DNA from: Sphingomicrobium sp.
GTDB taxonomy: Bacteria; Pseudomonadota; Alphaproteobacteria; Sphingomonadales; Sphingomonadaceae
Reading direction: 5' to 3'
NCBI GenBank assembly: GCA_035512655.1
Contig: DATKDM010000007.1
Location: forward strand, 5,215-69,214
Length of the DNA stretch: 64,000 bases
In this document: piece by piece, positions 27,037 through 35,276 of the stretch
Position numbering within the stretch: the stretch's first letter is position 1
Layout of the letters: each line of letters opens with the position of its first letter
Translations under genes and position numbers: made by a program
Notes under the pieces: generated by a model
Told to the model about the DNA's origin: nothing
What the model saw: only the letters and a program-made list of their open reading frames with translations
Databases searched by the model: none

Positions 27037-29604
27037 ATGTTCGGCGGTCACCGCCTCCCCGGAATTGCGTTCGAAACGGTCGTTGCGCCGGCTCCTGAAG
27101 CGCTGCCGCCGATGGACGTTGCACTGTTCGCAGGGTTCGCCGCGATGGGGCCGGCACACCGGCCCGTGCCCGTCGAAGATTTTGCACAGTTTCGCCGGGT
27201 TTTCGGCGACACTCATCCGTTGGCATATGACGCCAGCACGGGCGAAACAGTCGGAACCGCTCTCGCCCCAACCGTGCGCGCCTTCTTTGCGAACGGCGGT
27301 CGGCGCTGCTGGATTGTCCGCGTCTTGCGCACCGAGGCGCTGGAAGCAGTCCGCGACGGCTCCAGAAATTTGCCGCCGGAAGGTGACGGTGTCGCTTCAG
27401 TCGGACGTTTCGAGCTGCCGGGGCTGGTCGCCGTTGATTTGGACGGGCAGCTCGTCCCGGCCCGCGCCCAGGCTCGCAGCCTTGGCTCCTGGTCCGACCG
27501 GCTTGGCGTCGCGGCCCGGGTCGAGCGCAGGCCGTTTTCTTACCGCGGCCTCGAAGTCGACGGCACGGAACTGACGCTGAGCGCCAGCCAGCCGCTCGAA
27601 CCCGGAGATCTCGTTGAATTCGAGGACTCGCAGGGCACGATTTACGCCAGGATTGACGAGGTCAACGGTCAACGGGCCAAGGCGTTTCTGATTCCCTTTT
27701 GTCTGCCCGCTCCGCCGCCAGCCAGCCCGCCCGAAGCTAGCCCTCCGATTGCCTCGCCGCCGTCTGGCTCGACGCCGGAGCTGCCGCCCTCCGCCTTGCT
27801 CGAACCGGGTGCACGCGCTCCCATGCCCAATGCCCGGGCGGCTCGGGTCTCGCTCGAACTTCGTGTCAATGACGGCGCCGATCGTTTCACGCTCTCCGGC
27901 ATCGGGCTGACTCCGCTCCACGCGCAAAGCTGGTGGAAGCATCTCCCGGACGATCGCCGGCCCGATGATTTTTCACCGCCAGGCCTGCCGATCGCGGTCG
28001 ACAACGCCGAACTCGACCGGCCACCGTTGGTGTGGCTGCCGGTCGGCCTTACCGGCCAGTTCTCCGAGCCCGTCGCCATCGACCACGACGGCCGCACCGC
28101 ACTCGAGCGCGATGGCCTCTCGCGCCTTGGCGAAGACCTGTTCCTCGACCCGCGGCTCGCGCAGATCGGAACGGGCCGTCTGTTGGAAGACGCCGAGCGA
28201 ATTCTTCAGCTCGACGGTCGGCCATTGTTCGGCATTCACAGCGTGCTCGGCATCAATGATGCGGGCGACTTCAATCCGGTGAGCCTGCTGGCCGTCCCGG
28301 ACGCGGTCCAGCGCGGTTGGATAGAGCGAGACCGCCGCCTCTCGGCACCGCCGGCCAGGTCGAAGATCTCGCCGCCGGCACACTGGTTCGACCATCGTGG
28401 CCCTTGCGCTTCCGTGTCACCGGAAAGTGAGCTGGCTGCCGACCTCGACCGGTCCGCTTTCCTCGACTGCGCGACCCGGGTTCTCGCTTCGCCAATTTTC
28501 GAAGCGGTCGACGAAACCCGCGCCCCCGGAGCCTTGCCGCTGCGCTGGAGCTCGGTCGGTGCCAACTGCACCTACACGCTCGAAATTGCGCGAAGTGCCG
28601 GCTTCGACGATGCTGAAATCGTCTACGAGGGGCCTGAAACCTCGTACGTCATCGATCTCCTGGGCGAGGGTTTTTACTATTTCCGGCTTCGTGCGCGCGA
28701 AGCGGATGAGGTCAGCTTTCCCGCTCTGCTCGCATTGGCCGTCCGCGCGTCTGACTGGACGATGTTATCAGCCGAGGCCTATTCGTCGGCAGCGCTGCTC
28801 GCAGTGCAGCGGGGGCTTTTGCGACTAGCGGCGGCAAGCGGCGACATGTTTGCCTTGCTGTCGCTGCCGCGCCACTACCGAGCGGCCGAAGCGGTCGACC
28901 ATGCCCGGCGGCTGTCCCGCTGGCGCCGTGGCGGCTTTGGCGATTCGACCTTGTTCGACGGAAATGAGCGCCGCACCCTCTCCTTCGGTGCCTTGCATCA
29001 CCCTTGGACCGTTTCGTTTGCGACCGACGAAAAAGTCTTGGTTGCGGCACCGCCGGAAGGCGCGATCGCTGGAGTGCACGCGCGCCGAACGCGGGACCGC
29101 GGCGCCTGGATTGCCGCCGCCAATGAACGCCTGCGTGACGTCGTTGCGCTCGAGCCGGCGATCGGGGACGCCGACTGGCCGGCTTGCGACCTCAACCGGG
29201 TTAACTTGATTCGACGCGACTCGCGCGGGTTCCTGCTGCTTGACGCCGACACATTGTCGGACGAGCCGGAATGGCGGCAGATCAACGTCCGGCGCCTGAT
29301 GAGCCTGCTGCGCAGAGTCTCGATCCGGCGCGGTGCATCCTATGTCTTCGAGCCGAACAGCGACGTTCTCCGCCGAGCCGTCGAGCGCGGCTTTACCGAG
29401 CTGCTCGACCGGCTGTTCCGCCTCGGCGCGTTCGTCGGCCGCATACCGGAACAGGCCTATGGCCTGTCGGTCGCGACCACCGCGGCCGATCGCGAGTCTG
29501 GCCGGCTCGTGGTGGAGATCGGCGTCGCTCCAGCGCAGCCCATGCGGTTCGTCACCGTCCGGCTAGTTCAGTCCGGCGGCCGCTTCGCGGTCGAGGAGGG
29601 CTAA
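27037..29604 (+). CDS. Divergent contractile sheath protein 2 (855 aa, with insertions)
   Basis: N-terminal DVALFAGFAAMGP...FRRVFG...AFFANGGRRCWIVRV; C-terminal LHHPW, PPEGAIAG, RVNLIR, WRQINVRRL, YVFEPN, GVAPAQPMRF. Confidence 0.88.
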   Translation: MFGGHRLPGIAFETVVAPAPEALPPMDVALFAGFAAMGPAHRPVPVEDFAQFRRVFGDTHPLAYDASTGETVGTALAPTVRAFFANGGRRCWIVRVLRTEALEAVRDGSRNLPPEGDGVASVGRFELPGLVAVDLDGQLVPARAQARSLGSWSDRLGVAARVERRPFSYRGLEVDGTELTLSASQPLEPGDLVEFEDSQGTIYARIDEVNGQRAKAFLIPFCLPAPPPASPPEASPPIASPPSGSTPELPPSALLEPGARAPMPNARAARVSLELRVNDGADRFTLSGIGLTPLHAQSWWKHLPDDRRPDDFSPPGLPIAVDNAELDRPPLVWLPVGLTGQFSEPVAIDHDGRTALERDGLSRLGEDLFLDPRLAQIGTGRLLEDAERILQLDGRPLFGIHSVLGINDAGDFNPVSLLAVPDAVQRGWIERDRRLSAPPARSKISPPAHWFDHRGPCASVSPESELAADLDRSAFLDCATRVLASPIFEAVDETRAPGALPLRWSSVGANCTYTLEIARSAGFDDAEIVYEGPETSYVIDLLGEGFYYFRLRAREADEVSFPALLALAVRASDWTMLSAEAYSSAALLAVQRGLLRLAAASGDMFALLSLPRHYRAAEAVDHARRLSRWRRGGFGDSTLFDGNERRTLSFGALHHPWTVSFATDEKVLVAAPPEGAIAGVHARRTRDRGAWIAAANERLRDVVALEPAIGDADWPACDLNRVNLIRRDSRGFLLLDADTLSDEPEWRQINVRRLMSLLRRVSIRRGASYVFEPNSDVLRRAVERGFTELLDRLFRLGAFVGRIPEQAYGLSVATTAADRESGRLVVEIGVAPAQPMRFVTVRLVQSGGRFAVEEG

Positions 29605-29607
29605 GCG

Positions 29608-30069
29608 ATGCTCCCGCCCTATCCTTTCACCGGCTTCAACTTCTCGGTCGAGATCAACCGCGGCCAGGAAGGCGGCCCGCTCGCCGCCGCGCAATTCTCC
29701 GATTGCGACGGCCTTGAAATGACGATGGACGTAAAAACCATCCGCGAAGGCGGGTCGAACGACCATCCGATCCGCGTCTCCGGCGCAGTCAACTATGCCA
29801 ACCTTACCCTCAAGCGCGGAATGACGCGCAATTTCGATCTGTGGAAATGGTTTGAAGATTCGATCGCCGACCCGCGTCTGCGTGCGAGCGCCGAGATCGT
29901 CCTGCTCGGTGCCGACGGCAAGACCGAACAGGCCCGTTTCCAACTCACCCGCTGCGTCCCGATCAAGATGAAGGCCCCGGCCTTCAACGCCAAGGATGGC
30001 GCTGTCGCCATCGAAGAAATGCAGCTCGCCTATGAGCGCCTGAAATTTGTGCCGGGAGTGGGAGCATGA
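29608..30069 (+). CDS. Tail tube protein (gp19/Afp5-like) 2
   Basis: YPFTGFNFSVEI, FSDCDGLE, IREGG, LTLKRGM, FNAKDGAVAIEEMQLAYE. Confidence 0.94.
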   Translation: MLPPYPFTGFNFSVEINRGQEGGPLAAAQFSDCDGLEMTMDVKTIREGGSNDHPIRVSGAVNYANLTLKRGMTRNFDLWKWFEDSIADPRLRASAEIVLLGADGKTEQARFQLTRCVPIKMKAPAFNAKDGAVAIEEMQLAYERLKFVPGVGA

Positions 30070-30842
30070 CGGAGCTCGCCAAGGCCCGGCTGATCGAACT
30101 CGAGCAGGACTTCAAGAAAGAGAAGTCCGGTGGCCAGAACGTCACCGTCCAGTTCAATCCCGACACGCTCAAAGTGACCTTTGCCAACCAGCTCGTCCAA
30201 CCCGAGGGCGGCGACCAGGCGGCGGGCAATACGGGCCGGCAGTTTGTCGGTGCGGGGACGACCAAGCTCGCACTCACATTGTGGTTCGACGTCACTGCAA
30301 TGATCGAAGATCCGGTCGACGATGTCCGACGACTGACCAGCAAGGTTATTTTCTTCATGACCCCGCAAAAGGACAAAAAGGACCCGAAGAAACTGATTCC
30401 GCCAGGCGTCCGGTTCAGCTGGGGGTCGTTCCTTTTTGATGGAATGGTCGAGGGCCTCGACGAGAGCCTCGAGTTCTTTTCACCCGACGGCAAGCCGCTG
30501 CGCGCCAACATCAGCCTGACCCTCTCCCAGCAGAAGATCCTGGTGAGCGAGTTCACCGGCGAAGGGAAAGTCTCCACGCCTGGGCAAGCGCCGCTTAGCG
30601 CCGCCCAATCGGGCGACAGCGTTCAGGGCGTGGCAGCTGCCGGCGGCAAAGGCGGCGACTGGCAGGGGATCGCCGCCGCCAATGGAATAGAGGACCCGCT
30701 GCGCCTGAAGCCGGGCCAATTGCTCAATCTCAATGCAAGCATTTCCGCGGGCGCTTCAATCGGTGTTGCCGGCGGACCGTCGACCTCCGCCTCACTGTCC
30801 CTCCCCGCCACCTCGATCGCCCCACGCTTCGGCGTCAATTGA
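30066..30842 (+). CDS. CIS tube-initiator protein with LysM-like domain (Afp7-like)
   Basis: VQFNPDTL, LWFD, VRFSWGSFLFDG, FFSPDGKPLRA; C-terminal GDSV...WQGIAAANGIEDPLRLKPGQ. Confidence 0.88.
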   Translation: MTELAKARLIELEQDFKKEKSGGQNVTVQFNPDTLKVTFANQLVQPEGGDQAAGNTGRQFVGAGTTKLALTLWFDVTAMIEDPVDDVRRLTSKVIFFMTPQKDKKDPKKLIPPGVRFSWGSFLFDGMVEGLDESLEFFSPDGKPLRANISLTLSQQKILVSEFTGEGKVSTPGQAPLSAAQSGDSVQGVAAAGGKGGDWQGIAAANGIEDPLRLKPGQLLNLNASISAGASIGVAGGPSTSASLSLPATSIAPRFGVN

Positions 30843-30852
30843 AAGGTCTCGC

Positions 30853-31017
30853 ATGCCCGTTCTTATCAATGAGTTCGAAGCGGTGGCAGAGCCCACTGGC
30901 GAGGTGCGCCCTGGAGGCGGCATCGCTCCTAAACCCTCCAAGCGCATTCGGCCCTTCGATCTGCGCCCGCCGCTTCGCATCCTCGCTGCTCGCGCGGCGC
31001 GGGTTCGGTCGCATTAG
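30853..31017 (+). CDS. Small basic eCIS-associated protein (54 aa)
   Basis: MPVLINEFEAV...; AAGG upstream; fills the gap between initiator and hub genes. Confidence 0.6.
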   Translation: MPVLINEFEAVAEPTGEVRPGGGIAPKPSKRIRPFDLRPPLRILAARAARVRSH

Positions 31018-31029
31018 GAGCGGCAGCAG

Positions 31030-32097
31030 GTGCCCGCCTCCAACGTCGCGGTCCTTCCGTCGCGGCCCGCTCGGCCGGCGCTGGAGATTGACGGTGTGCG
31101 GCAGCAGAATCTCGAGGCTGCGCTCCTCACGATGGAATGTTCGGAAGCCGTCGATACCGTGTCTCGCGCCGAGCTCATATTCGGAAATTGGGGCGGCCCC
31201 GATTCCTCCGGCTTCCAGCACTTCGACCGCAAGACGATCGAGTTCGGCAAACGCCTGGTGGTGAAGCTCGGCGACGCCCGCCTGTTCGAAGGCCGGATCA
31301 CAGCCATTCTCGCCGGCTATCCTGACGGCGGGCCACCCACGATCGGCCTGATCGCCGACGACAATTTGCAAGACTTGCGCATGACGCGCCGCTCGCGCGC
31401 GTTCGACAACAAGTCGCTCGGCGACATTGTCCGCCAAATCGCCGGCGAGCACGGCTTGACGGCGGACGTCTCGCTGAGTGGCGGGACGATGAAAGTGGTC
31501 GCGCAAGTCAATCAGAGCGACCTCGCCTTGTTGCACGACCTGGCGCGTCGCGAAGACGCTCAGATCTGGCTCGAGGGCACCAAGCTTCGTGCCGCAAAAA
31601 CCCGGCCCGCAGACAAGGTCGAGCTGCGATGGGCAGGAAGCCTGCGGGAATTCCATGTCGAGGCAGAACTGGCCCATCAACGCAGCGCGTTGGTGGCGAG
31701 CGGCTGGGACGTCGCCGCCAAGACCGCAATCAGCCAGCAAGCCGATCAAGCCGCAATTTCGTCCGAGGCGCACAATCTCGATCTCGGCTCCGCGATACTT
31801 GAGAAAGCCTTCAAGCGCCGGGTCGACACACTCGCCCACCACGTCCCTTTCGACACCCAGGAAGCGAAAGCGATCGCCGAGGCCGGCTATCGGCAGATCG
31901 CGCGGCGCTTCGTTTCCGGCCGCGGAGTCGCCGAGACTCGTCCCGGACTCAAAGTCGGCGCGACACTCGCCTTATCCGGCCTCGGCCAACTGTTTGACGG
32001 CGAGTATCGCGCCACCAGCGTCCACCATCTGTTCGATGCGACCGAAGGGCAACGCAGCGAATTTGGATGTGAACGTCCAGGATTGGGGCGGCCATGA
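31030..32097 (+). CDS. Baseplate hub / phage late control D (gp27-like; Afp8 N-terminal part)
   Basis: FEGRITA, DNLQDLRMTRRSRAF, QVNQSDLALL..LARR, GWDVAAK, G.P.LKVG...L.GLG..FDG.Y. Confidence 0.9.
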   Translation: MPASNVAVLPSRPARPALEIDGVRQQNLEAALLTMECSEAVDTVSRAELIFGNWGGPDSSGFQHFDRKTIEFGKRLVVKLGDARLFEGRITAILAGYPDGGPPTIGLIADDNLQDLRMTRRSRAFDNKSLGDIVRQIAGEHGLTADVSLSGGTMKVVAQVNQSDLALLHDLARREDAQIWLEGTKLRAAKTRPADKVELRWAGSLREFHVEAELAHQRSALVASGWDVAAKTAISQQADQAAISSEAHNLDLGSAILEKAFKRRVDTLAHHVPFDTQEAKAIAEAGYRQIARRFVSGRGVAETRPGLKVGATLALSGLGQLFDGEYRATSVHHLFDATEGQRSEFGCERPGLGRP

Positions 32098-32825
32098 CGG
32101 CGCTGCTCGACCTCGATCGCGCGGACGCGCGGGTCGACGAACGGCTCGGTGGCGGCTGGGGCGGCCGTTGGTACGGAGTCGCGCCCGCCCTTGTCACCGA
32201 CATCAAGGATCCGGACGGCCAGGGCCGAGTGAAGATAAAGCTTCCATGGTCGCCCGATGGAGCCGGTGGTCAGGACTTCGAGGCGTGGGCGCGGATCGCT
32301 GCCCTGTTCGCGGGAGGGAACCGAGGCAGCTGGTTCATCCCCGACGTCGGTGACGAAGTCCTGGTGGCCTTTGAGCATGGCGACGCCCGGCGGCCCTACG
32401 TGATCGGTGGTCTTTGGAATGGCAAGGACAAGCCGCCCGAGCGGATGGACGGGAGTGGGCGGAACAACAAAAAGGTTATCCGGTCGCGGAACGGCGTCAA
32501 GGCGACGTTCGACGACCAGCAGGGTCAGGAGGCCCTGACGCTCGAAACTCCCGGGGGCCAGAAGCTTACGCTCAAGGACGGACCCGGCACGGTTACTTTG
32601 GAAGACTCGAACGGCAACTCGATCAAGTTCGAGGCTTCGGGGATCACGATTACCGCGGCCGCCAAAGTCACCATCAACGCGTCGGCTCAGCTCGCCGTTT
32701 CGTCCGGCATGGTCACCGTTGATTCCGGGATGTCGCGCTTCTCCGGCGTCGTTCAGTCATCCACGGTCATCACCAACACCGTTATTTCGTCGGTCTACAC
32801 GCCCGGCGCAGGAAACATCTGGTGA
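32094..32825 (+). CDS. Baseplate spike (gp5/GpV OB-fold plus short beta-helix)
   Basis: VTDIKDPDGQGRVKIKLPW, WARIA, GSWFIPDVGDEVLVAFEHGD..RPYVIGGLWNG; ends YTPGAGNIW. Confidence 0.93.
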   Translation: MTALLDLDRADARVDERLGGGWGGRWYGVAPALVTDIKDPDGQGRVKIKLPWSPDGAGGQDFEAWARIAALFAGGNRGSWFIPDVGDEVLVAFEHGDARRPYVIGGLWNGKDKPPERMDGSGRNNKKVIRSRNGVKATFDDQQGQEALTLETPGGQKLTLKDGPGTVTLEDSNGNSIKFEASGITITAAAKVTINASAQLAVSSGMVTVDSGMSRFSGVVQSSTVITNTVISSVYTPGAGNIW

Positions 32826-34879
32826 ACCCGGCTCACAACAGGATCGCGTGGCAACCGCCCCGTCCACTGTGGCGCGGCACCACGTCATTCTCGCGCGCGC
32901 CACAGCTGCTGCGGTTCGCATCCGACGAATTCATGGAGCAGATGATCGCGACTCTGGACGAAGATCCGGCCGCGATCTCTCGCCTGGTCGCCAAGCCGGA
33001 AACCTGGCACACGCCGATGGCCGAGAATGAGTCGTCGGACCTGATCCAGCGGGTGCCGATTCCCGCTCCCGTGGCGAACACCAAGCGACGCTTGAGGCTC
33101 GGCATTTCGAGGCCTGCTTCGCCTCCCCCGGCACCGGCCCCCGAAAGCCCGCTCAAGCTCTACCAGCCCGCGCACATGCGCCACTACCTGGTCGCGGGGT
33201 CGCTCACCTGCGCGGTGCCGGGACTGCCCGAGCATATCCTTGCAGGCAGCCAGGAACGCGTCGGCTACGTGATTCGCCGGCTGCTTCCGGCCAGCGCGAG
33301 CCCCAGCGGCGACCAGACAAAGGTCGAGTTCGCCTTCATCCAGGAGGGCGATGAGCAGCGCTGGCAGCGCGTGGCGGATGCCGGCTCGAGCGAAAATGTG
33401 CTGGCGCCGGGCGAAGAAATTCTGCCGCTGTTCCGGCTTCCACATCGGGACGAAGTCGGGCGCGCTCGCGGACTCTGGACTGGCGTTATCCCCGTCGGCC
33501 GGCGCGACGATTATCACGCGAAACCGGTGGACCGAACGGTCGTCGCGCTCGCCGCCGGCCAGCAGGCCGCGCTGCGCCCCGGCGCAAGAGCCGCACCCGC
33601 GCCGTCCAAGTCGGCACGGCTGACGCGGTTCAAGATGGAAGTGGCAGAACCGTGGAAGGCAATGATCCGCGCCGCCGCCAAGGCGTCGGACGACCTGCGG
33701 GCATCGTCGTCGGCAACGGCCCGGCAGCGGTTCGACTTCAACCTCCAGTTCCAGATGCAGTCCTGGCTGATCCTGCTGGATTTGGCCGACTGGCTCGAAG
33801 CCTATCTGCCGCGCGTCTGGACGGCAGTAAAAGCCAGCTCGCCGGATGGGCTGTCCGGCAATGAGTTCACCCTCTTCCAGCGGCTGGAGGCGGCACATGC
33901 CTCCGAACTGGTCGTGCCTATGCGCGATCCGGCCAACCAGTTGAGCACGACTGGAAACCTCAAGCCGATGGCGCCGTCGCTCGTCTCCGCTTTGTCTCAG
34001 GTGCGCGCGGCCGGCGTGCGCGAGATGCTCGAAGGCAAGACCACGCACTATGCGGCCGTTGGGGCACTTGCGCGCGAGGCCGACTGGCCTCCGTTCCATT
34101 TCCCACTGGCGGGGCTGGATACGGCGAACATGGCGAAAGGACCGTTCGCCGGAGTCATTGCCGGCTTGACCGAACCCCAGATCGAAGGCGACGCGGCGGT
34201 AGTCGAGACGCCCGCCGCGATACCGCCCGGCGGTCCTGACCCGGAAGCACTCGACAAATTCACCGCTCTTGTCGGACGCGCCCTGCCTGCGCAGTCGGAA
34301 GCCGATGTCCAGCCGGTCCCGTTCGCGCTCAAGCTCAGGGATTCGCTGATTGCGACGGCGGGCGACGACGGTCTTTTCGTGATCCGCTTCGTGCACCTCA
34401 ACCGCGACTGCGGGCCCCTCCATCCGCCGACTCTGTCCGAGCCGACAGAGAAATTCCGGATGGCGAGCTTCTTCGACCCCGACGCGCCCGTTCGCCCGAT
34501 CCGGATCACGCTTCCGCTCGACACCAGCCCCGCCGGCCTGAGGAAATATGGCCGCGGGACCGCATTCGTCTTGTCGGACATGCTGTGCGGTCAGGTCCAG
34601 CGCGCAAAAGGCCTCGGCCTGGTCGACCTCATTCGCCAGGTGCTGCCAGCCCCGCTCCACAAAGATTTGGACATGGGCAACGGCGGCGGCTGCAAAGGTA
34701 GCGGCGAGGTCGAAATCGGCATGATCTGCTCGCTCTCGATCCCGATCATCACGATCTGCGCGCTTCTTCTGCTGATCATCATCGTGATGCTGCTCGACTT
34801 CATCTTCCGCTGGCTGCCCTGGTTCATCCTCTGCCTGCCGATCCCCGGCCTGAAGGGTAAGAAAGGAGCGACGGCATGA
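32822..34879 (+). CDS. Hypothetical 685-aa protein with C-terminal transmembrane segment(s)
   Basis: Long ORF coupled by 4-bp overlaps to the spike and gp25 genes; hydrophobic tail IGMICSLSIPIITICALLLLIIIVMLLDFIFRWLPWFILCLPIP. Confidence 0.85.
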   Translation: MNPAHNRIAWQPPRPLWRGTTSFSRAPQLLRFASDEFMEQMIATLDEDPAAISRLVAKPETWHTPMAENESSDLIQRVPIPAPVANTKRRLRLGISRPASPPPAPAPESPLKLYQPAHMRHYLVAGSLTCAVPGLPEHILAGSQERVGYVIRRLLPASASPSGDQTKVEFAFIQEGDEQRWQRVADAGSSENVLAPGEEILPLFRLPHRDEVGRARGLWTGVIPVGRRDDYHAKPVDRTVVALAAGQQAALRPGARAAPAPSKSARLTRFKMEVAEPWKAMIRAAAKASDDLRASSSATARQRFDFNLQFQMQSWLILLDLADWLEAYLPRVWTAVKASSPDGLSGNEFTLFQRLEAAHASELVVPMRDPANQLSTTGNLKPMAPSLVSALSQVRAAGVREMLEGKTTHYAAVGALAREADWPPFHFPLAGLDTANMAKGPFAGVIAGLTEPQIEGDAAVVETPAAIPPGGPDPEALDKFTALVGRALPAQSEADVQPVPFALKLRDSLIATAGDDGLFVIRFVHLNRDCGPLHPPTLSEPTEKFRMASFFDPDAPVRPIRITLPLDTSPAGLRKYGRGTAFVLSDMLCGQVQRAKGLGLVDLIRQVLPAPLHKDLDMGNGGGCKGSGEVEIGMICSLSIPIITICALLLLIIIVMLLDFIFRWLPWFILCLPIPGLKGKKGATA

Positions 34880-35265
34880 GCCCGTTCGGTAAAGGCCTGG
34901 GCTTCCCGCCGCAGGTGGGCGCCGACGGTCGGATGCGCTGGTCGGAAGGCGAGTCCAACATCCGAGAATCGATTCGCATCATCCTCAGCACGGAACCGGG
35001 CGAGCGCGTGGCGCTGCCGGATTTCGGCGCCGGCCTGATGAGCTACCTGTTCGAGCCGAACAACGCCGCTACACACGCCAGAATCGCCCAGTCGATTACC
35101 GTTGCGCTGGCCCGCTCGGAACCGCGTGTGACGGTAGAAGCGGTCGATGTCGCTGAGGATGCCGTCGAGTCTGCGAACGCCATCGCCACCATCAACTATC
35201 GCCTTGTCGCCACGGGCGCGCACGAGCGCACCAGCGTCACGATCCCCCTCGGTCCAGTCGGCTAG
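34876..35265 (+). CDS. GPW/gp25 baseplate protein (Afp9-like)
   Basis: GLGFP, NIRESIRIILSTEPGERV..PDFGAGL..YLFEPN, EPRVTV. Confidence 0.94.
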   Translation: MSPFGKGLGFPPQVGADGRMRWSEGESNIRESIRIILSTEPGERVALPDFGAGLMSYLFEPNNAATHARIAQSITVALARSEPRVTVEAVDVAEDAVESANAIATINYRLVATGAHERTSVTIPLGPVG

Positions 35266-35276
35266 GAAGTCCCGCC

